IMG/VR virus record: IMGVR_UViG_3300037445_000024 | Location: 1 to 39,642 of that record | Length of the DNA stretch: 39,642 bases | Reading direction: 5' to 3' (one strand) | Origin: a virus | Lineage: Duplodnaviria; Caudoviricetes | Part shown: piece by piece, positions 34,361 to 39,642 of the stretch | Layout: each line of letters starts with the position of its first letter | How positions within the stretch are numbered: the first letter of the stretch is position 1 | Notes under the pieces: generated by a model | The model's input: the letters and a program-made list of their open reading frames with translations, nothing else | What the model was told of the DNA's origin: nothing | Databases searched by the model: none | Made by a program: the position numbers and the translations under genes

Positions 34361-35635
34361 ATGCCCGCCGAGATTGAAGATTCTGAGTACGCGCAACAGC
34401 AGGAGGAGCTAAAGCGCCAACTCGAAGAGGGCCATCAGACGGCAGCATCTCGTCTCCGTGAGGAGGTCGAGAAGGCCGTCCAGAAAGAGCCTGAGGTCAA
34501 TCCAACCGTCTATGAGGGCGTGGAGCAACTTCTCTTTAGGGGGTTTCTCACCCTTCAGGCGGAAGTGAATGAGGTTCCCTTCTTGCTGAAGTCGTTGAAC
34601 CAGCATGAGTTCGAAAGACTTAGCTGGTACTCAACGAATGCCGAGAAGTATCAGGCATTGTTGCTCGCCTATGGCGTCTTCGTGATTGACGGCATCAACG
34701 TCCTTGCCAACCGGGAAACACATCTCCCGAAGCTGATTGACTTCTTTGAAGAGCTTCCTCCAACAGCCAGGAGAAAGCTGGTACGCCACCTCTCGGAGGT
34801 CAACCGTAAGGCCAACAACGCCGTTGCCCTCACGGAAGCCTACGTGACCGAGACGTATAGTCGCTTCCGATGGTCTCAATTGAGGGGCCTGGATCTCACG
34901 ACCACGGCCGTCACGGGCATCGAAGGTACGTCCGTATTGGGCCTCAATTGGGGACAACTTGTCTGGAGGGCTCTCAACGCCTACGAAGACAAGCGGGAAG
35001 AAGCCGAACGGGAGTGGGACAACGCCAAGTTCATTGGTGGTTGCCTTGCCGGAAAGGGTATCCAGAAGGTCTACAATCAGGACAGGGAGCGCCGAAAGAA
35101 CGACCGAAAAGAAAAGCTGGACCGAAAGGACCAGGTACTTCGACAAGTCCTACTTGGGGAGGACCCCGACAGCAAGGGAGGGGGCGGCCGTATTGCCGTG
35201 AAGGCTGCTCAGAGCGTCGAGGAGCTGGTGGACCAGTTGGAGCAGGACCTCAAGGGAGAGAAGGACTGGCACGATCAGGTAGTCGCCCAAGAAGAGCAGC
35301 GGATGCGTGACCAGTACCAGTCTCATCAACAGCATCTCGTCGAGTTGGCCTCCGTCCGGGACAACGAATTTGGGGGGTCCAACATCCTCGGTGGTTCGGA
35401 TCTCACGGGGCTATCCAAGAAGGAAGTGGCCGAACGTATTGAACGTCGCAAGCAATTGGCCGCCCAGGCGGCAGCCTCCCGAAAAGTCCCCCTCCAACTC
35501 TTGGATCCTCGATACGAGGAGTTCCATGAGAAATGGGGCACTTATGAGAGGGGGGATCTAGCGGACAAGGACCCATCTGACGCCCGGCCCATCGAAAAGC
35601 CCCGTCAGACCGGAACCCCGTTCCGTAGGAAGTGA
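34361..35635 (+). CDS. Putative second tail assembly chaperone (424 aa)
   Basis: Directly upstream of the tape measure gene; LKSLN...LAYGVFVIDG...LPP motif; coiled-coil C-terminus. Confidence 0.5.
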   Translation: MPAEIEDSEYAQQQEELKRQLEEGHQTAASRLREEVEKAVQKEPEVNPTVYEGVEQLLFRGFLTLQAEVNEVPFLLKSLNQHEFERLSWYSTNAEKYQALLLAYGVFVIDGINVLANRETHLPKLIDFFEELPPTARRKLVRHLSEVNRKANNAVALTEAYVTETYSRFRWSQLRGLDLTTTAVTGIEGTSVLGLNWGQLVWRALNAYEDKREEAEREWDNAKFIGGCLAGKGIQKVYNQDRERRKNDRKEKLDRKDQVLRQVLLGEDPDSKGGGGRIAVKAAQSVEELVDQLEQDLKGEKDWHDQVVAQEEQRMRDQYQSHQQHLVELASVRDNEFGGSNILGGSDLTGLSKKEVAERIERRKQLAAQAAASRKVPLQLLDPRYEEFHEKWGTYERGDLADKDPSDARPIEKPRQTGTPFRRK

Positions 35636-35637
35636 CA

Positions 35638-38600
35638 ATGGCGAACGACGTCGAGCAAATTCAATTTCAGCTTGGGCTCAGAACGGACAAGTTCTCGAAG
35701 AGCCTTCGTGAAGTCGACAAGGAGATGCAGCGGATCACGAAGCGTGATTTCCGCGTGCCGGCGCTCGATCCCAAGAACGTCAAGAAGTTCAAGAAGGAGA
35801 TCCACCAGGCCACCAAAGAGACCAGGATCCTCTACAAGAACATCACGGACAACAGCAAGAAGCACTCGAAGCTCCTCAAGACTGAAGTCAGGGACTACCA
35901 GAAGGCGCATCGACGCATCGAGGACCTGGTCGAGAAGCACACAAACATCCTCAACCAGATCCGAAAGACCGGAGACAAGGACCGCATCAAGCACGCGGAA
36001 TCCGCTGCCCGTGCCGAGATCCGTATCGCAAAGCGTTCCTTGAAGGAACAGCAGAACATTCTACACAACAAAATCCGAAAGACTGGCGGACTTCGTGTCC
36101 TCGAAAGTGCCAAGGAGAGGACCGAGAAGGTCAGCCGGATGAAGGATGCGCTCGATGACTTCCGGTGGGCCGATGCCGGTAAGGAAGTCGGAGAGGGGTT
36201 CGCGGATGTCCTATCGCACCTGTCCTCTAAGGACCTTGCTGGGGCTGCCAAGAGCTTCTTCTCGCTCGGGGGGCGCACGCTGAAGAACGTCGGTACAGGC
36301 GCGATGAAGTTCGCCGAGCAGCGCAAAGGCGAATCCGGCGTGATGGGGTCCATCGCGAGAGTCATCGCCAAGGTAGCGCCCTCGATGGAGGGTATCGTCA
36401 AGATGGTCTCAACGCTTGGCCCCCTGATGGAGGTCTTCTCGTCGGCCATCGTCGGTATCGTCAAGCTCTTCATCGACGTCGAGGCACAGGCGAAAGAACT
36501 CAACAAGGAGCTGATGGACGGAGCCTCGTTGGCTGAGACCTTCGCTTCGGCGGGCTACGACGCAACGGGATCCTACGATCGTCTCTCGACTCAGCTCCAG
36601 ACCATCAAGGACCAGACACACGACATTGGTATGAACCTCGCCATGGGGACGAACGCCAAGGACCACATGGCGGTCATCAACGTCCTCAAGCGAGAAGGTC
36701 TCACTCTCGATGGACTCACGAAGGCCCTAGAGGCCAACTCGAAGATGACCCGAGATCAGGCGGGGGGCATCCAGAATTGGGCCGACGTGACGAAGATGTC
36801 GATCGGCTACTCTCGCCTCTTTGGCGTTCAGCTCGACGAGATCAGCACCTTCGAGGCTGAGATGATGACCAGCATGGGCGCCTCCCTGAAGGACGTCAAG
36901 ATGGACTTCGCTCGCATGTCGGACGCCGCCGTGGAGTCTGGGATCGCGTCGAACAAGTTCTTCGCGATCCTCAGGGGTGTATCGACCGACCTTGGCCTCT
37001 ATGCGACGCGTCTTCAAGACGTCACGAAGATGCTCAAGCAGCTCGGCAAGGTCATGTCCCCCAAGATGGCGGAGAAGTTCCTCGGGGAATTCGCGAAGGG
37101 CCTGAAGGACTTTTCGACGGATGACCGCCTGAAGATGGTTCTCCTTGGTGGTCCCGGTACCATTCAGGACATCAAGTCCAGTCTTCAGACGCAGAAGGAC
37201 GACATCATCAAGAAGCTCGCCGACGAGGCGGGCATCAACTCTCAGGACGCGGAGGCGCTCCTCGAAGGCGGTATGGTGGGGGGCAAAGACCTCGGCTCGA
37301 TCGCCAAAGAGAAGGGCTTCGGAGAGCAGGTCGGCACCATGAAGGAAGCCTACCTGAACACCAAGCGTGGCCTGAAGAGCACAGAGACGCAGGGCGTCTA
37401 CGGTGCCGCGCAGGGTGCGAAGTATCTTGATGCCTTCGAGGCGTATGAGGTCAAAAAGAAGGCGGCGCTCGGTCTGTCGGGAAAGAAGACCCTGGAGGAG
37501 TCGATCGGCCTCAAGGGGGAAAAGTCCGCTGAGGCGGCTGGGCTGGGTGGCGATCAGTTCGATGCGATCCTTGGAATGGAACGCGCCATTGATCAGCAGC
37601 GCAAAGACCTCATCAACGCCTTCATGAATCCGAACCCCACGGAGGATCAGAAGAAGCTGCTCAAGCTCGCCGAGAAGCAGGGTATCCTTTCGGCCGATAT
37701 GGCCAAGAACGCTCCCGACAAGGCCGTTTGGGACAGTATGACGGATACCGATGCCGAGGCGCAGAAGAAAGCCGATGAGCAGCTCAAGGCCGCCTACGAG
37801 TCCGGCAAGTTGTCTCAATCGGTTCTCGACAAGTTGGGCGTCATCATCGATGGCATCTTCAACTGGCTCTACAAGGTACTCCAGCAAGTTCTTCAGGTAG
37901 CCTCGGACATCTACGATGCTCTTCCGTTCGGCGACAAGGCTGAGAAGCAGCAGAGAAAGATGGAAGCTTCGATCGCCAAGACGCAGAACGAGGAACTCGC
38001 TCAGCTCTTCGCGAAGTACGGGTCCGACCCATACAAATTCAAAGATGAGGCCATCAACAAGGTCATCGGCCCGCTTTTGGACAAGAAGTTCTCGGAGCTT
38101 CACGACCTTCAGGCGAAGCGTGCCGCCGAGGTCGACCCCGCGAAACAGAAGGTCCTAGACGATCAGATCGCTCAACTGACGGGTTCGCTGAATACGAACT
38201 TCGCTGAGATGGAGAAATCCATGACCGGGGGGGATCGTCATGCCCTGTTGAGTGACCAGAGCCTCCAACTCAGCATCGGGCCCGATGCAACGAAGCAGCT
38301 CGCCAGCGAACTAGGGGAACTTCAGAACCAGAACGAGACCATCAACGAAGCCGCTCAGAAGCTTGGCATCAACCTATCGGCGGCCGATTGGGAAGCCCTC
38401 CAGAAGAAGATGCCGTGGTACATGAACCCCGAGAACGTCGCCAAGGGCGCCCTCGGCATCAGTTCCATGTCGGGGGCGCCGAGTTCGGCAGGGGCGCCAG
38501 GCATGGCTCCCACGACGGGAGCTACCGCTCCGACGACGGCTGCAACCCCCGTGGTCTCAAAGCAACCCGAACCACCCGTCACCGAGAAGCAAGGTGACGC

Positions 38601-39102
38601 TATGACGACGGGTCTCGATGGCATCCAGACGGATCTCGGGAAGATCAAGATCGACAAGCCGTTCCTCAATGGCCCCTTCGACAAGACCATGTACCACTCG
38701 GTCTTGGAGGCCGCTCGTCAAGCCCTGTGGGAGTTCTATCTCTACAAGGACGTCGACAAGAACGCGATGTTGAAGTACGTCAAGGACAACAACATCGACA
38801 TGTCTTCTGGTAGCGCGGTCGCGATGGCGAACCTCGACTACTACGCGAGCCCCCATGCCAGCGGCACCGGTCCGATGGTGGGTGTCGATCAGTACGGGTT
38901 CGCCAAGTTCGCCCCCGGGGAGGCACCGACGTCCATCGGCGTTGGGGAGAAGATCGTTCCAGCCGGAGCTGCCGGGCCGGTGCCACCCGTCAACGTCAAC
39001 GTCAACGGGCTGGCGCCTGCCGACTTCGTTCGACTCATCGAGTCCAAGGTCAACGAGGGCATTTACGAATACAAGCTGCGACGCCTGCGCAACGGTGGGT
39101 GA
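35638..39102 (+). CDS. Tape measure protein (1154 aa)
   Basis: Long helical A/K/L-rich protein after tube and chaperones; C-terminal HASG...GEKIVP...VNVNVNG typical of tape measure ends. Confidence 0.8.
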   Translation: MANDVEQIQFQLGLRTDKFSKSLREVDKEMQRITKRDFRVPALDPKNVKKFKKEIHQATKETRILYKNITDNSKKHSKLLKTEVRDYQKAHRRIEDLVEKHTNILNQIRKTGDKDRIKHAESAARAEIRIAKRSLKEQQNILHNKIRKTGGLRVLESAKERTEKVSRMKDALDDFRWADAGKEVGEGFADVLSHLSSKDLAGAAKSFFSLGGRTLKNVGTGAMKFAEQRKGESGVMGSIARVIAKVAPSMEGIVKMVSTLGPLMEVFSSAIVGIVKLFIDVEAQAKELNKELMDGASLAETFASAGYDATGSYDRLSTQLQTIKDQTHDIGMNLAMGTNAKDHMAVINVLKREGLTLDGLTKALEANSKMTRDQAGGIQNWADVTKMSIGYSRLFGVQLDEISTFEAEMMTSMGASLKDVKMDFARMSDAAVESGIASNKFFAILRGVSTDLGLYATRLQDVTKMLKQLGKVMSPKMAEKFLGEFAKGLKDFSTDDRLKMVLLGGPGTIQDIKSSLQTQKDDIIKKLADEAGINSQDAEALLEGGMVGGKDLGSIAKEKGFGEQVGTMKEAYLNTKRGLKSTETQGVYGAAQGAKYLDAFEAYEVKKKAALGLSGKKTLEESIGLKGEKSAEAAGLGGDQFDAILGMERAIDQQRKDLINAFMNPNPTEDQKKLLKLAEKQGILSADMAKNAPDKAVWDSMTDTDAEAQKKADEQLKAAYESGKLSQSVLDKLGVIIDGIFNWLYKVLQQVLQVASDIYDALPFGDKAEKQQRKMEASIAKTQNEELAQLFAKYGSDPYKFKDEAINKVIGPLLDKKFSELHDLQAKRAAEVDPAKQKVLDDQIAQLTGSLNTNFAEMEKSMTGGDRHALLSDQSLQLSIGPDATKQLASELGELQNQNETINEAAQKLGINLSAADWEALQKKMPWYMNPENVAKGALGISSMSGAPSSAGAPGMAPTTGATAPTTAATPVVSKQPEPPVTEKQGDAMTTGLDGIQTDLGKIKIDKPFLNGPFDKTMYHSVLEAARQALWEFYLYKDVDKNAMLKYVKDNNIDMSSGSAVAMANLDYYASPHASGTGPMVGVDQYGFAKFAPGEAPTSIGVGEKIVPAGAAGPVPPVNVNVNGLAPADFVRLIESKVNEGIYEYKLRRLRNGG

Positions 39103-39108
39103 TGACCT

Positions 39109-39642
39109 ATGCCGTACATCCGATCTGCAAACCCCTCGTCCCTTCCGGCTGAACCTGGTTCAGTCAAGAACGGCTACGTCCATGGGGTTGATGTTCGGAG
39201 GCAGTTCATCCCTGTGGCGTTCCAGATCACGAGCCCTTTCAACAATCGCATCGTGATGCTGCCGCACGCACTCGTGATGCACGTCAACCCGCAATCCTTC
39301 AACGAGAACTTCAACAAGAAAATAGAGCGCATCCAGACGCGCGGTGGCTTCGTCGAGCAGCATTGGGGGGACGAGCTTGGCGAAATCTCCGCCGATGGGT
39401 CGACGGGCGCTTTCGTGAACCTCTACACTGGACTCTCGTCGGTTCTTCGTCAGCGAACGATTGCGTGGGATCGCTATCGAGACCTGTACGATCTATTCAA
39501 GAACAACGGCAACCTCTACGACCCATTCGGCAACGTCGTGCTTCACGGTAACGTGATGCTCATGTACGACCGGGGTACTTACCTGGGGTCCTTCCGAAGC
39601 TTCAATGTCGAGGAGACGGACGAGAGCCCGTTTGCGTTCAAG
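39109..39642 (+). CDS. Baseplate/tail-tube-initiator-like protein, truncated by the window end (absent from the ORF track)
   Basis: Open frame MPYIRSANP...MHVNPQSF...IQTRGGFVEQHWGDE...YLGSFRSFNVEE..SPFAFK to the last base; the NP...G.F..F...E...P pattern is typical of tube-like genes after a tape measure. Confidence 0.75.
   Translation, partial: MPYIRSANPSSLPAEPGSVKNGYVHGVDVRRQFIPVAFQITSPFNNRIVMLPHALVMHVNPQSFNENFNKKIERIQTRGGFVEQHWGDELGEISADGSTGAFVNLYTGLSSVLRQRTIAWDRYRDLYDLFKNNGNLYDPFGNVVLHGNVMLMYDRGTYLGSFRSFNVEETDESPFAFK

Noticed and set aside
33267-35635. Lambda G/GT-type programmed frameshift between the chaperone genes
   Set aside because: No convincing slippery heptamer near the end of 33267..34352, and the next gene has its own SD (GAGGG) and ATG.
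1-39642. Bacterial contractile injection system (eCIS/tailocin), integrated prophage, tRNA genes or a diversity-generating retroelement
   Set aside because: Neck-like genes plus phage-type DNA metabolism genes favour a large phage; no integrase, host housekeeping genes, tRNA cloverleaf or reverse transcriptase was seen. Capsid and terminase genes are outside the window, so the phage call is contextual.

Overview
Fragment of a large (probably jumbo) tailed dsDNA phage with a contractile, myovirus-type tail and fairly high GC. Almost all genes are on the + strand. Layout: (1) ~1-6.2 kb: virion/fibre-like genes, including a long 21-aa-repeat protein broken by a single-base frameshift. (2) ~8.5-19.3 kb: neck/head-tail genes and a very large 1443-aa tail sheath, with an actin-fold ATPase resembling archaeal volactin and a Dps/ferritin-like gene embedded among them. 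(3) ~19.4-32.2 kb: a mostly non-structural block (MmcB-like nuclease, HExxH metallopeptidase, VWA protein, an apparently split DNA methyltransferase pair, DUF6011-like and DUF6065-like proteins, uracil-DNA glycosylase, DEDDh exonuclease, GIY-YIG endonuclease, degenerate cupredoxin lipoprotein) that separates the sheath gene from the tube gene. (4) ~32.4 kb to the end: tail tube, two chaperone-like genes, tape measure and a truncated baseplate/tube-initiator gene. Non-coding highlights are a GGTGTA (or CGCGTA) motif 8-10 nt before the ATG of 11 non-structural ORFs (suggesting leaderless transcripts), a second motif 12 nt before three GTG starts, and hairpins that bury ribosome-binding sites of structural genes. 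All product calls come from motif recognition by eye; no database searches were run and the host cannot be determined.
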